From positions 3,520,001-3,584,000 of the forward strand of contig OY762721.1 of NCBI GenBank assembly GCA_963666345.1: a DNA stretch of 64,000 nucleotides, given 5' to 3'. Positions 41,310 through 51,790 of the stretch are shown here, in pieces; positions within the stretch are counted from its first letter, which is position 1; each line of letters starts with the position of its first letter. The stretch comes from Desulfatiglandales bacterium (lineage in GTDB: Bacteria; Desulfobacterota; DSM-4660; Desulfatiglandales; Desulfatiglandaceae). Under the pieces are notes generated by a model. The model saw nothing but the letters and a program-made list of their open reading frames with translations. It searched no databases and was not told where the DNA came from. The translations under genes and the position numbers were made by a program.

Positions 41310-42041
41310 CTATGAAGCTGCGTGTTTCATTCTCCAGCTTTCGTTACCTGTTTCTATAATTTCACAATGATGAGTCAACCGATCAAGCATGGCCGTAGTC
41401 ATTTTTTTATCTCCAAAGACTTGGGGCCATTCACCGAAGGTCAAGTTGGTGGTGATTACTATGGATGTCTGTTCGTAGAGTTTTGATATAAGATGAAAGA
41501 GCAGTTGACTGCCGTTTTTGGAAAAAGGCAGATAACCCAGTTCATCGAGGACCACAAGATCAAATCGAAGTAGTCTTGCTGTGATTTTGCCGGCCAATCC
41601 AATCATTTTCTCCTGCTCAAGCTCATTTGCCAGATCCACCAGGTTATAAAACTTGCACTTCCTGCCATTCCTTATGGCCTGGGCCGCTATAGTTATGGCT
41701 AAATGGGTTTTGCCCGTACCGGTGCCACCTACAAAAATCAGGTTGATATGTTCGGCTATAAAATCACCCTGATAAATAGACCTAATCTGGGCTTCATCAA
41801 CACAGGCCCCGTTAAAATCAAAGCCATCGATATCTTTAAGGACAGGAAACCTGGCCTGTCCCATACGATATCGGATACTCCTTATATATCTTTCGGCAGC
41901 TTCAGCCTTGAGCAGTTCCAGGATTACCTTTTCAGGCGTTGAATGGCTCTTGCGTCCATTGGAGACAACTTCATCATAAATGGACTGCATACCCCGCAAC
42001 TTTAGTTTTTCCATCTGGTCCATGATATCATTGCGCAGCAT
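41310..42041 (-). CDS. istB: IS21 helper ATPase
   Basis: [30 protein letters not shown]. Confidence 0.96.
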   Translation of the reverse strand: MLRNDIMDQMEKLKLRGMQSIYDEVVSNGRKSHSTPEKVILELLKAEAAERYIRSIRYRMGQARFPVLKDIDGFDFNGACVDEAQIRSIYQGDFIAEHINLIFVGGTGTGKTHLAITIAAQAIRNGRKCKFYNLVDLANELEQEKMIGLAGKITARLLRFDLVVLDELGYLPFSKNGSQLLFHLISKLYEQTSIVITTNLTFGEWPQVFGDKKMTTAMLDRLTHHCEIIETGNESWRMKHAAS

Positions 42042-43545
42042 GGTATCCCTCCCTTACCAAACGTTCATAGCGGCGGCAGTCTGCTATGGGCTCTTGCTTG
42101 AGAATCAGATGGGAGGGGATACCCAAATCAGGCGTGCAATCCTGATCCTGATCCCTGTTTAAAAGATTGAGAACCACCTCTTTACTTACGGCCCTTATCT
42201 TTAGGGCCTCCTTACAGGCTTTACTTACAGCCTCAAGTCCGTAGAAAGGAACAGCATTTAGAATGGCCACAAACTGACGGTCCCAGTCGGAAAAACGGTT
42301 TTGAAGCCCATTTAGGACGCCTTCGACAGGATCGGGAAGTTGCCAGTCTTTAAAGGGGGCTCCATTACGGAGAGCCCCGGGCTTACGTTCAAGGACCGGG
42401 ACATAATGCCAGGGATTAAAAATAGTCTTGTTCTTTCCAAAATGCCTATCATGCTCTCCTACGATACAACCGTTATTTACTATCACTATCCGATCGGCAT
42501 ATACTCTCATATAGACCGCTTTACCCACCTGGCTGCAATTAACGCTGTATCGGTTCCGGTCATAGGTTACAAGTGAGCTGGGGGTAACCCTGGCTGGACG
42601 TTGTGCATATCCATCAAAGAGAGGTGGTAGATTTATCAGATAGGGTCTCTCTTCACTGTAGACCTGCCAAACCGTCTTATCAGATATTGTTGGATGCTTA
42701 CGGGTCTTTGCCCAGGTGATGCATTGTTCTCTAAGCAGCTCGTTTAGGTGTGTGAAATCCCTGGCCTTGATTCGGGGAGTGAAAAATCTCCTTCTGACCA
42801 CACCTACCTGGTTTTCCACCTGACCCTTTTCCCAACCTGCAGCAGGGGTGCAGCTTACCGGTTCAAATAAATAATGGGAACACAGTTGGCTGAAGCGGCT
42901 GTTGAACTGTCTTTCCCTTCCTCCCAGGATCTTGTTAACCACTGTTTTGAGATTGTCATAGATGCCTTTACGGCAAACTCCCCCAAAAAACTCAAAGGCC
43001 CTGATATGGGCATCAAACACCATCTCCTGGGTTTCTCTGGGGTAGGCAATACAAAGGAAGTAGCGGCTGTGACATAACCTTATATGTGCAACCTTTGCCT
43101 TTACTCTGCTTCCGTCCAGATCTACCCACTCATGACTCCAGTCAAACTGAAAGGCTTCTGCAGGATCAAATACCAAAGGTATAAATACCTCCTTTGGCAA
43201 GCTCCTTTGATCCTGGCGCCATCTTTGAACATATCTCCGTACGCTGTCATAGCCACCTTCGTAGCCGTTGAGTTGCAGCTCTTCAAAAAGTATCTGGGCT
43301 GTCCTGCGCAGTTTTTTGGGCAGTTTCTCGTCTTCTTCCAGAAAGCCTTTCAGCATGTCTATAAACGGCCCCAGCTTGGGTCTTGGCTGGTTGCTTCGTT
43401 CGTACTGAAAAGATGTTTCTCCGCTCCTTATCGCCTTTTTTACTGTATTTTTGCTAAGGCGCAGATCCTTCGCTGTCTGACGTATGGATTTGCCATCTCT
43501 GAGAACAGCTAATCGTATCTTACGGATTGTTTCCACTGTGAGCAT
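42028..43545 (-). CDS. istA: IS21 transposase
   Basis: N-terminal HTH, QFDW, YDN, EKGQVE. Confidence 0.96.
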   Translation of the reverse strand: MLTVETIRKIRLAVLRDGKSIRQTAKDLRLSKNTVKKAIRSGETSFQYERSNQPRPKLGPFIDMLKGFLEEDEKLPKKLRRTAQILFEELQLNGYEGGYDSVRRYVQRWRQDQRSLPKEVFIPLVFDPAEAFQFDWSHEWVDLDGSRVKAKVAHIRLCHSRYFLCIAYPRETQEMVFDAHIRAFEFFGGVCRKGIYDNLKTVVNKILGGRERQFNSRFSQLCSHYLFEPVSCTPAAGWEKGQVENQVGVVRRRFFTPRIKARDFTHLNELLREQCITWAKTRKHPTISDKTVWQVYSEERPYLINLPPLFDGYAQRPARVTPSSLVTYDRNRYSVNCSQVGKAVYMRVYADRIVIVNNGCIVGEHDRHFGKNKTIFNPWHYVPVLERKPGALRNGAPFKDWQLPDPVEGVLNGLQNRFSDWDRQFVAILNAVPFYGLEAVSKACKEALKIRAVSKEVVLNLLNRDQDQDCTPDLGIPSHLILKQEPIADCRRYERLVREGYHAAQ

Positions 43546-43659
43546 CCCTTTCCGCCTCCTTCTACCATAGTCACAGCAGAATAGAAGGCTTTCAGGGGTG
43601 GGTCAATTTTGGACGCCGATTCGCCCTATAGGTGGGTCATTTTTGCATGCCGATTCACA

Positions 43660-45020
43660 CCCCAGGAACGGGAAAGACATCCTTTGCTGAGGGTCTGGCA
43701 AAAGAATTGAAAATACCAGCATATACCATCACAAAAGATGCTGACAACAAGACTAAGCGTGCGAGACTTGCAATTATGGCCTGCTTAAACATTACAAACA
43801 GTGGAGATGGGTCCCTGGTAGTCGTAGATGAGGCTGACAACCTCCTTAACACAAGGTTCTCATGGTTTTCAAGGGGTGAGACTCAAGATAAGGGCTGGCT
43901 AAATAAACTGATGGAAGAGCCAGGGGTAAGGATGATCTGGATAACCAATGAGATAGATGACATTGCCCCATCGGTTTTAAGGAGATTTTCCTATAGCCTA
44001 CACTTTAAACCCTTTAACAAGCGTCAGAGAGTGCTTCTATGGGAGAACATCTTAAGATATAACAGGGTCAAGAGGTTTTTCACCAGTGATGAGGTAAATA
44101 GCCTTGCCGTCAGGTATAGGGTAAATGCCGGGGTCATAGATCTAGCGGTCAAGAAGGCTAAAGAGACGGGTATTACATCAAAGCCTGATTATCAAAATGC
44201 CTTAAGACTTGCCTTGGATGCCTACCTGGCTTTGGAAAATGGCGGGGAGAAGGAAATAGACAGGGAAAGAATCGAGAAAAACTACTCCTTGGAAGGTCTT
44301 AATATAAGGGGTGATCTTAAAGGAGCCTTAGGTCAGCTGGAAGCCTTTGATCAGTTTTTAAGGAAGGCTGATGATGACAGGGTATTAACCATTAATCTCT
44401 TGCTTTATGGACCACCTGGTACTGGAAAGAGCGAGTTTGCCAGATACCTTGGAAGGCACCTTGATAGGGAAATTATTGTCAAACGGATAAGTGACCTACA
44501 GAGCAAATGGGTAGGTGATTCAGAGAAGAATATCAGGGATGCCTTTTATGAAGCAGAAAGAGAAGAGGCAATCCTTATCATGGATGAGGCAGATAGCTTG
44601 GTTTTTAGCAGGGATTATGCCCTTCACTCATGGGAGATATCATTTACCAATGAATTTTTGGCCAGGTTGGAAAGGTTCAAAGGGATTCTTATTTGCACTA
44701 CCAATAGGCTGAAAGACCTTGATCAGGCGAGTATCAGGCGGTTTCAGCATAAGCTTGGGTTTGATTATCTGGATGCTGAAGGTAATCTGATTTTCTATCA
44801 AAAGCTTTTAGAAGGGCTGGTTGATGAACCATTGGATGATGAGAATATCGCTAAGCTAAAAGATATCCGTAACCTTGCTCCAGGAGATTTTAAGACGGTA
44901 AGGGATAGGTTTATCTTTATTTCCGATGATGGCCTGAACCATCAGACCCTTGTTGAGGCTTTAAGAAATGAGTCTGAAATCAAGAAGGTCTTCCTTAAAA
45001 CCGGCTCGATTGGCTTTTAA
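43660..45020 (+). pseudogene. Tandem AAA+ ATPase, N-terminus truncated by IS21 at the first Walker A
   Basis: PGTGKT/VVDEAD/LRRF and GPPGTGKS/IMDEAD/IRRF; ends in SIGF; ORF start lies inside the IS. Confidence 0.85.
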
Positions 45021-45145
45021 TGTTTTTTCTTTTGGAGATGTGAGTTTACGGGAAAGGGATTAAATATCCTAGGCATACATGCAACATTTTGCTTTAGCTA
45101 AATACTGGCATAACTTAGAGATATCAATGGTTTTGCTGCTTTTCG

Positions 45146-45163
45146 GGTACATGGCAAATATCA
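45146..45163 (+). repeat. 18-bp direct repeat, copy 1 (GGTACATGGCAAATATCA)
   Basis: Identical to 53356-53373. Confidence 0.8.
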
Positions 45164-45437
45164 GAAATTTGACTGGCCAGGACTCATCATTCAAAATATC
45201 TTCCTTGCCCCGGCTAAAAAGGCGGCGACTAGTCAGATTTATCAAATATATTTAAATAGGAAGATATAATTTTGATTTGAAATGAAATAACAGGTGCGCC
45301 AACAACAGTAGCTACGCTTTGTAATCTCAATGCCCCTAAAGATAAATGCGAGGTCTTTAGCCTTTAGATTTAACGACTAATTCCTAAAGGTTTGTTTATT
45401 ACCCATTTTTATTCATTAGCTTATTTATAAAATAATC

Positions 45438-45484
45438 TTGACAAAGTTTTTTGCAAAATTTATAAATTGTCTATCTGTCAGACA
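45438..45484 (+). promoter_or_regulatory. Sigma70 promoter and candidate FadR-type operator
   Basis: TTGACA, 17-bp spacer, TATAAA; palindrome TGTCAGACA at 45476-45484. Confidence 0.6.
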
Positions 45485-45516
45485 TACGCACATTCCAATC
45501 TGGAGCCTTATCTATC

Positions 45517-46266
45517 ATGGACAAATCTTTATTCAAGCCCATTCAAAACAAACGGACCTTTGAGAAGATTTCCACTAAAATTAAGAAATTGATTTTTCAA
45601 GGGAGCCTAAAACCAGGAGACAAATTGCCTTCAGAGGTTGAATTGGCTCGGAGATATGGGGTCGGCCGTCAAACCGTCCGTGAGGCTCTGAGGGTGCTTG
45701 AGATCTCAGGTTTTATAAGCGTCCAGCAAGGTGGGGCTGGCGGCCCTATCGTAAAAGATACCGTTCTAAATACGATCAGTAATTCGTTTGTGGACGCAAT
45801 ACGAATGAAAAAAATCACGATGGAAGAAGTTACCGCAGTGCGCATTGAATTGGAAAAATTTGTCGTTAGATGTGCCGTGGAATCTGCCGATGAGAATGAT
45901 CTTGAAGCTATGCAGGCGAACATTGTTGCAGCAAGAAAAAAGATCAACACTCAAAGTCATGCACGCATGGAAAATTTCGATTTTCACATTCTGCTAGCAC
46001 AATCCACCAAAAATGAAGTGCTTGTAATAATTATGAAATCAATTATGGCTCTTCTAGCTGTGTTCCTCAGCAGGTATCAGCTAAATTTTGAAATGCAAAA
46101 ATATATCATAGAACAGCATCAGGCTGTGTTGGATTTCATAGTGAAAAGAAGGGCATATGAAGCCTGCATGTGTCTTGAAAAATACCTTCTGGAGATACAA
46201 AGTTGGTACAAAGATGAGCCTGATTTATCGTATGAATTTAACGGGCTGCCTTCTGCTGAATTTTGA
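45517..46266 (+). CDS. GntR/FadR family regulator
   Basis: LKPGDKLPSEVEL..VGRQTVREAL; FCD domain with FH and N. Confidence 0.93.
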   Translation: MDKSLFKPIQNKRTFEKISTKIKKLIFQGSLKPGDKLPSEVELARRYGVGRQTVREALRVLEISGFISVQQGGAGGPIVKDTVLNTISNSFVDAIRMKKITMEEVTAVRIELEKFVVRCAVESADENDLEAMQANIVAARKKINTQSHARMENFDFHILLAQSTKNEVLVIIMKSIMALLAVFLSRYQLNFEMQKYIIEQHQAVLDFIVKRRAYEACMCLEKYLLEIQSWYKDEPDLSYEFNGLPSAEF

Positions 46267-46483
46267 ATGTATTCCTGTGATTTTATTTAGGTTTGGCTGA
46301 CCGCGCTCTTTGGATGGAGTCAGCCCGATTCAAGCGATTTCTTTGTTATATTTTGCATATCTATTCGCTTTCGTCTTGGGAGTTGCGGGTATCTTTGTCA
46401 GCTATTGTCGGGTTTAAATTTACTTTTGTGTTTGGCCATGGATCAACGGGTTTCAAATGTTACTTCAAATAAAGGAGAGGCAT

Positions 46484-47689
46484 ATGGATTTAGCAAAACT
46501 AAGAATTAGTAAACAAATTTCCACTCAGGAACTCGAGCGAAGATGGAATGCCACACGTTCTGCCATGAAAGATCAAGGGATAGATGTGCTGCTTATGCAG
46601 AATACCAATCAGTTTCTAGGGGGTTATGTGAAATGGTTCACTGATGTGCCGGCATTCAATGCTTATCCAACGCATGTCATTTTTCCCCGGGAAGATGATA
46701 TGTCAATTATCAACATTGGACCCCGGATGGATTCCAAAAGCAGTTTAACCGACTTGAGCACACAAGCATGGGCGTACCGTGGAGTCAAGAATCGCTTAAC
46801 GGCACCCTATTTTCCTTCTCTTCACTACAGCAAAACCTATGATGCGGAATTGGTTGTTGAACTCTTGGTCCCTATGAAGAACTGCACCGTCGGATTGGTA
46901 AATATGGGACTTATACCAGCAGCGTTCAATGATTATCTGAGAACGCACCTTCCCTCGGCTACGTTTGTGGATGCTACAGACTTGGTAGATGACATTAAGG
47001 CAATAAAAAGTGACGAAGAGCTTTCTTTGATAAGGCTGGCTGCTGATGTACAGGACAAAGCTATGGAGGAGGCGTTTAGGGCAATAAAGCCCGGCATGCG
47101 GGATCACGAAATCATGGCTTTAGCCCAGTACACTGTTCAAAAACTTGGAAGCGAACAACAATTGATTATGGCGGGCTCCAGCCCAATGGGTACTCCTTGC
47201 CCAATGCTAAAGCGCCACTTCATGTACCGGGAGTTGAAAGAAGGAGATCAGTTCACTCTGATGCTTGAGGCGAACGGGCCTGGAGGTTTTTATACCGAGC
47301 TAGGTAGGACATGTGTGCTGGGTAAAGCATCGCAAGAACTGCTCGACTCATGTGAAATAGCAAAAGAAGCTCAACGGATTACACTTGATCTTCTAAAGCC
47401 GGGGGCAGATCCGAAGGATTTGGTTGCTGCCAATAATGATTTTCTTAGACGAAATGGGTATCCGGAGGAGAAACGTCTATATGCCCATGGCCAAGGCTAT
47501 GATCTTGTTGAAAGACCAGCCATAAGACAAGATGAGCCCATGAAGATTGCATCGAGCATGAATATCACGGTGCATCCCATAGTTGCGTCCAAAACCGCGT
47601 TTGCATGGATTTGTGACAACTACATTGTTACGGAACAAGGTGCAAGTGAATGCATTCACAAAACACCGAAAAAAATCTTCGAGCTATGA
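46484..47689 (+). CDS. M24 (Xaa-Pro peptidase/creatinase-like) family protein
   Basis: Creatinase-like N-domain, KAIKSDEE, ELGRT, AHGQG. Confidence 0.85.
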   Translation: MDLAKLRISKQISTQELERRWNATRSAMKDQGIDVLLMQNTNQFLGGYVKWFTDVPAFNAYPTHVIFPREDDMSIINIGPRMDSKSSLTDLSTQAWAYRGVKNRLTAPYFPSLHYSKTYDAELVVELLVPMKNCTVGLVNMGLIPAAFNDYLRTHLPSATFVDATDLVDDIKAIKSDEELSLIRLAADVQDKAMEEAFRAIKPGMRDHEIMALAQYTVQKLGSEQQLIMAGSSPMGTPCPMLKRHFMYRELKEGDQFTLMLEANGPGGFYTELGRTCVLGKASQELLDSCEIAKEAQRITLDLLKPGADPKDLVAANNDFLRRNGYPEEKRLYAHGQGYDLVERPAIRQDEPMKIASSMNITVHPIVASKTAFAWICDNYIVTEQGASECIHKTPKKIFEL

Positions 47690-47911
47690 TCTTTTCTGAT
47701 CTAAATAACAGCAATGCTTCATGCGGATTACGTAATCCCCTTGAATTAGCAAACGGTTAATGAACTGCCCTGAAAGATCATAATGTGCGCTACGTCTGAG
47801 GGGTACAAAAGAAAGGAGGTGGCCAATCGACGGAAGCTCGCTAGGCGCGAGCAAGCGTTCAAGCGAAGTTCAATAAATAAACATACCATTATTTTAGGAG
47901 GTTGATCTACC

Positions 47912-49018
47912 ATGAAAAAAATCGCAGCATGCCTTTTTGTTATCGTATTAGGGTTGATGACTGTAAACATTGCCTTCGCAACAAGCAATCCTCCTTACTC
48001 TGGACCTGAAAAAAAAATACGCCTTTCACTTCATGTCCCGGCTACGCACTTGATCTGGAAAAAAATGGTGTTGCCGTGGACTCAAATCGTTGAAAAAGAG
48101 AGTAACGGCAACCTCGTCATCAAACCCCATCTCGGGGGCGTTCTTCACTCTGCCAAAGACGGATTCAAGGCTGTCAGAGGGGGCATAACTGATTTGACCA
48201 TGTGTTATCCGGTATGGTCGCCTGCAGGTTTTCACCTCAACCATGTTTTCGGTCTTCCCTTTGCCTTCCCCAATGCCTCAGTAGCTGCCAGAGTCGCAGA
48301 GGAGCTCTATCCCAAATATCTGAAAAAAGAATATGAAAAAAAGGGCATTTATTTAGCTTTCTACTCAGCGATGGCAACCTACGATCTGATCTCGAAAAAA
48401 CCTGTCAGAACACTAGAAGACCTAAAGGGGATGAAAATTAGAACTCCTGCTGGGCCAATGGCCGAAATGGCCAAAAGGCTTGGAGCGGTTCCCGTCTTTC
48501 TATCCATTGCTGAAGTTTACACAGGGCTCCAGCGCGGAATTATCGACGGTGTGCTTACCCCCACTTTCGCTGGATACGCATACCGTTTTTTTGAAATGGC
48601 AAAATATGTTACGAGATTAGATCTCGGCCTTAGTGCGAGTGCATGGGGTTTTAACAAAAAAACATTTGATTCCTTACCACCACAGCTACAGAATGAAATG
48701 TATGGGTATTTGAGACTTGAAAGCCAAATGTGGGCAAATGCCATGGACGAACAGAACCGTTTAGCTCGGGAGAGAAACCTTAAAGAGTCTATAGAGGTTA
48801 TCACTCTTTCTCCCGAAGAATATAAGAGATGGAAAGACGTTTTAGAGCCTATCTGGCTTGAATTCATAGAGAAAAACGAGGCCAAGGGACTCCCTGCGAA
48901 AGAACTGGTTAAGGAAATGAAAGCCCTCACCGAAAAGTACTCGGATTATACTCCTGAACAACTAAGAAAACTGACGAAAGAAGAACCGGTCAAAGGGATA
49001 ATAACCTTCGGTAAGTAA
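47912..49018 (+). CDS. dctP: TRAP transporter substrate-binding protein
   Basis: Signal peptide, DLKGMKIR, EVYTGLQRGIIDG. Confidence 0.92.
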   Translation: MKKIAACLFVIVLGLMTVNIAFATSNPPYSGPEKKIRLSLHVPATHLIWKKMVLPWTQIVEKESNGNLVIKPHLGGVLHSAKDGFKAVRGGITDLTMCYPVWSPAGFHLNHVFGLPFAFPNASVAARVAEELYPKYLKKEYEKKGIYLAFYSAMATYDLISKKPVRTLEDLKGMKIRTPAGPMAEMAKRLGAVPVFLSIAEVYTGLQRGIIDGVLTPTFAGYAYRFFEMAKYVTRLDLGLSASAWGFNKKTFDSLPPQLQNEMYGYLRLESQMWANAMDEQNRLARERNLKESIEVITLSPEEYKRWKDVLEPIWLEFIEKNEAKGLPAKELVKEMKALTEKYSDYTPEQLRKLTKEEPVKGIITFGK

Positions 49019-49181
49019 CGTGAAGACAGCTAGAAGTGAACTGCACGGGTTACGCCAGTGATTTTTACGTTGACCCGTGCAGATCGTTTCATCTCTATGT
49101 CTTCTTAAAAACTTGGACTGAAGATCTTAAAACACGTTGCGGATTTTTCATGGAAGTCTGGCCACTTGCGGGAGGTAGAAC

Positions 49182-49682
49182 ATGTTGAATCGATTGAATT
49201 CCATCCTTAATTCCATTTCGAGCATATTTCACCAAACGGGTACTGTTCTCGTCCTTCCCTGTATAACTGGGTTAGTCACCCTTGATGTGTTCATGCGTTA
49301 TGTTATGAATTCGCCCATTCATGGAAGCAAAGAGATAAATGGTTTAATGCTGGTGATAGTCTTTTTTTTCTCATTTACTCGCTGTTGGGATAAGGGCCGT
49401 CATGTAAGAGTCGATCTTTTATATTCACGTATGAAAGAAAAAGCTAGATTATGTACCGATTGCATCACCGGAATCGCTGGTATGATGTTTTCTGGACTTC
49501 TGAGTTTTCAACTAATTCGCGACCTTCCTTACGTGATCACTACTAGAGAAAGCGGGGAAGAGTTGGGTATCCTATTTTGGCCGTTCAAAATCCTTATTGC
49601 ACTTTGTTGCATTCTGTTATTTTTGAGCATGTTGATTTACTTCATCGATTCGCTAAAAACTTTTTTGAGGTCTGGAAAATAA
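49182..49682 (+). CDS. dctQ: TRAP transporter small permease
   Basis: DVFMRY, HVRVD, 4 TM. Confidence 0.9.
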   Translation: MLNRLNSILNSISSIFHQTGTVLVLPCITGLVTLDVFMRYVMNSPIHGSKEINGLMLVIVFFFSFTRCWDKGRHVRVDLLYSRMKEKARLCTDCITGIAGMMFSGLLSFQLIRDLPYVITTRESGEELGILFWPFKILIALCCILLFLSMLIYFIDSLKTFLRSGK

Positions 49683-50983
49683 TGGAAGCTATGACAATAG
49701 GTGTTATCGGCCTTGTGGCAATGCTGCTTCTCATCGCAATTGGAGTTCCGATCGCTTTTTCGCTAATTGCCGTAGGAGCTATAGGTATGTTTCTAGTGGC
49801 GGGAATGCTTCCCACTCTTACCCAAATTGCCATGATTTCCTGGGACAAAGGGACCAGCTTCGTCATCCTTTGCGTCCCTCTCTATATTCTTATGGGACAG
49901 CTTATTTATCATACCGGGATTGCAACGGACCTTTATGACTGTGTACAGAAGTGGTTTGGACGCCTCCCGGGAGGGCTCGCCATCGCATCTGTGTTTGCAT
50001 GCGGTGGCTTTGGCGCTGTAACCGGATCAAGCTTGGCTGCGGTTTCTACGATGGGGGCCATCGTCATGCCGGAGATGAAGAAATATCACTATGACGACAA
50101 ACTTGCTACCGGAGTACTTTCAGCTTCGGGCACACTGGGCATCCTCATTCCTCCCAGTATCATTTTTGTATTTTACGGTATCATGACTGATACATCCATT
50201 GCTCAACTTTTCATCGCTGGAATCGTTCCCGGTATCATTACAGTTGTCTTATTTTCTTTAACAATCTACGTGCGTTGTCTCTGCAACCCTAGCCTCGGAC
50301 CTGTAGGCCCTCGATATTCTTGGAAGGAAAAAATTAGCTCTTTAAAAAAAATCACACCCGTGGCCTTTATCTTTTTCGTTGTAATAGGGGGTATCTATGG
50401 GGGTATTTTCACTCCCACTGAAGCCTCAGGAATTGGTGTTAGCGGAGTAATTGCTAGCAGCTTGATCATGAAGAGAATGACGTGGCTTAAGTTCAAGGCA
50501 TCCGTGGATGACACGGGGATCATAAGTGCTATGATATTTGCCATCCTAATAGGCGGATATCTTATAGGACGATTTCTGGCGCTTACTGAAATTACGTCAA
50601 GCTTGGTGGATTATATAGTGAGTCTGAATCTTAACAAGTTCGTATTTATGATCTGTCTCATGTTTCTGTTCGCCATACTAGGTTGTGTTTTAGATGTGTT
50701 CGGGATGTTGATTTTGACATTACCCTTTGTTTTTCCAATCATTATACAATTGGGTTTCGATCCTGTGTGGCTTGGTGTGTTTGTTGTAATTATGGCTGAA
50801 GTGGCACTCATAACCCCCCCCATAGGAGTGAATGTGTTTATAATGCAGAGCATAGTCCCGGATATTCCAATTAGCACAATATTCAAGGGAATCGCTCCTT
50901 TCTTGTTATGTGAACTAATTTTAATCGCGATAATTATAATATTTCCAGGTGTGACCTTATGGCTACCAGGAACACTTGGTTAA
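49682..50983 (+). CDS. dctM: TRAP transporter large permease
   Basis: GTLGILIPPS, FTPTEA, LITPPIG. Confidence 0.93.
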   Translation: MEAMTIGVIGLVAMLLLIAIGVPIAFSLIAVGAIGMFLVAGMLPTLTQIAMISWDKGTSFVILCVPLYILMGQLIYHTGIATDLYDCVQKWFGRLPGGLAIASVFACGGFGAVTGSSLAAVSTMGAIVMPEMKKYHYDDKLATGVLSASGTLGILIPPSIIFVFYGIMTDTSIAQLFIAGIVPGIITVVLFSLTIYVRCLCNPSLGPVGPRYSWKEKISSLKKITPVAFIFFVVIGGIYGGIFTPTEASGIGVSGVIASSLIMKRMTWLKFKASVDDTGIISAMIFAILIGGYLIGRFLALTEITSSLVDYIVSLNLNKFVFMICLMFLFAILGCVLDVFGMLILTLPFVFPIIIQLGFDPVWLGVFVVIMAEVALITPPIGVNVFIMQSIVPDIPISTIFKGIAPFLLCELILIAIIIIFPGVTLWLPGTLG

Positions 50984-51259
50984 GGTCTTGGAAACCTGAC
51001 TGGCTATGCATGATGACTCATGAAAATACTATGCCCAGAATACGTAGAGAAAGCCAGGTACGATATTTGGACAGTGATTGCTACAGCATTTAGCATGAAT
51101 GCGATATGATGGGCAAATGGAATGGCTTTTGTTTCGTGATATAGGTACTTATATAATATGTGACTCCTTAGCTTTGTCTCCATTATGGAAGCATATCCTA
51201 ACTGATCGCGACAAAACACCCTCGCCTGTGCCCAGAAGACTCCTGAAGTTTAACAATTT

Positions 51260-51670
51260 TGGAAACATATAGAAATCTGCCGTATGTGAACTGCTCAAAG
51301 TTCAATATACAAATGAGGATTTAACAATGATCAACTGATGCGAAATCATGTTCAAATGATGATTCCAATACTTCGCAAATATTCAGTTTCCCAAGTAGCG
51401 GGCTGTATAAAAGGAATAAATACCATGAAGATAGTTCCATAGATATGTGGGTTATTAGAGCGATTTCACTGGTCAGCATTTTTTGGCCAGAGGTTTTTAT
51501 GTAACAACAGCAGGTCGAGATAAAGAGGTAGAGTGGCAATATATCAAAAGGCAGCAGGAGTTTGATGAAAAACTCGACCAATCAAATATATTTTAGGGTA
51601 GGTCCTATTCAGAAGGCTTACAGTTTTAATTGTGCAGTTCACAACAAAACTCAGGCTTTGCCGGAGTTCG
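51260..51670 (+). pseudogene. Degraded IS200-type tnpA with terminal hairpin
   Basis: Manual translation NHVQMMI...KYSVSQVAGCIKG, then after a frameshift DFTGQHFLARGFYVTTAGRD..YIKRQ..LDQ; hairpin remnant CTCAGGCTTTGCCGGAG. Confidence 0.75.
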
Positions 51671-51790
51671 CAGACTATCTTTTATGTTTTTCATCCACCT
51701 TGATACAATGCTTTCAATCACGGGCTTAGGCCTGTGGTCTTCGTGTATTTTTTTCAATCGTGACAGGCCTGATGATTTTTTAACCAAGAG

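Larger units (their letters stand above)
41207..43659 (-). mobile_element. IS21-family element, copy 1 (2453 bp)
   Basis: TG...CA ends with repeated AAAATTGACCCA subterminal motifs; istA and istB; near-identical inverted copy at 60768. Confidence 0.96.

Noticed and set aside
45292..45302. GGTGCGCCA as attR (tRNA 3' end copy)
   Set aside because: Match too short and mismatched
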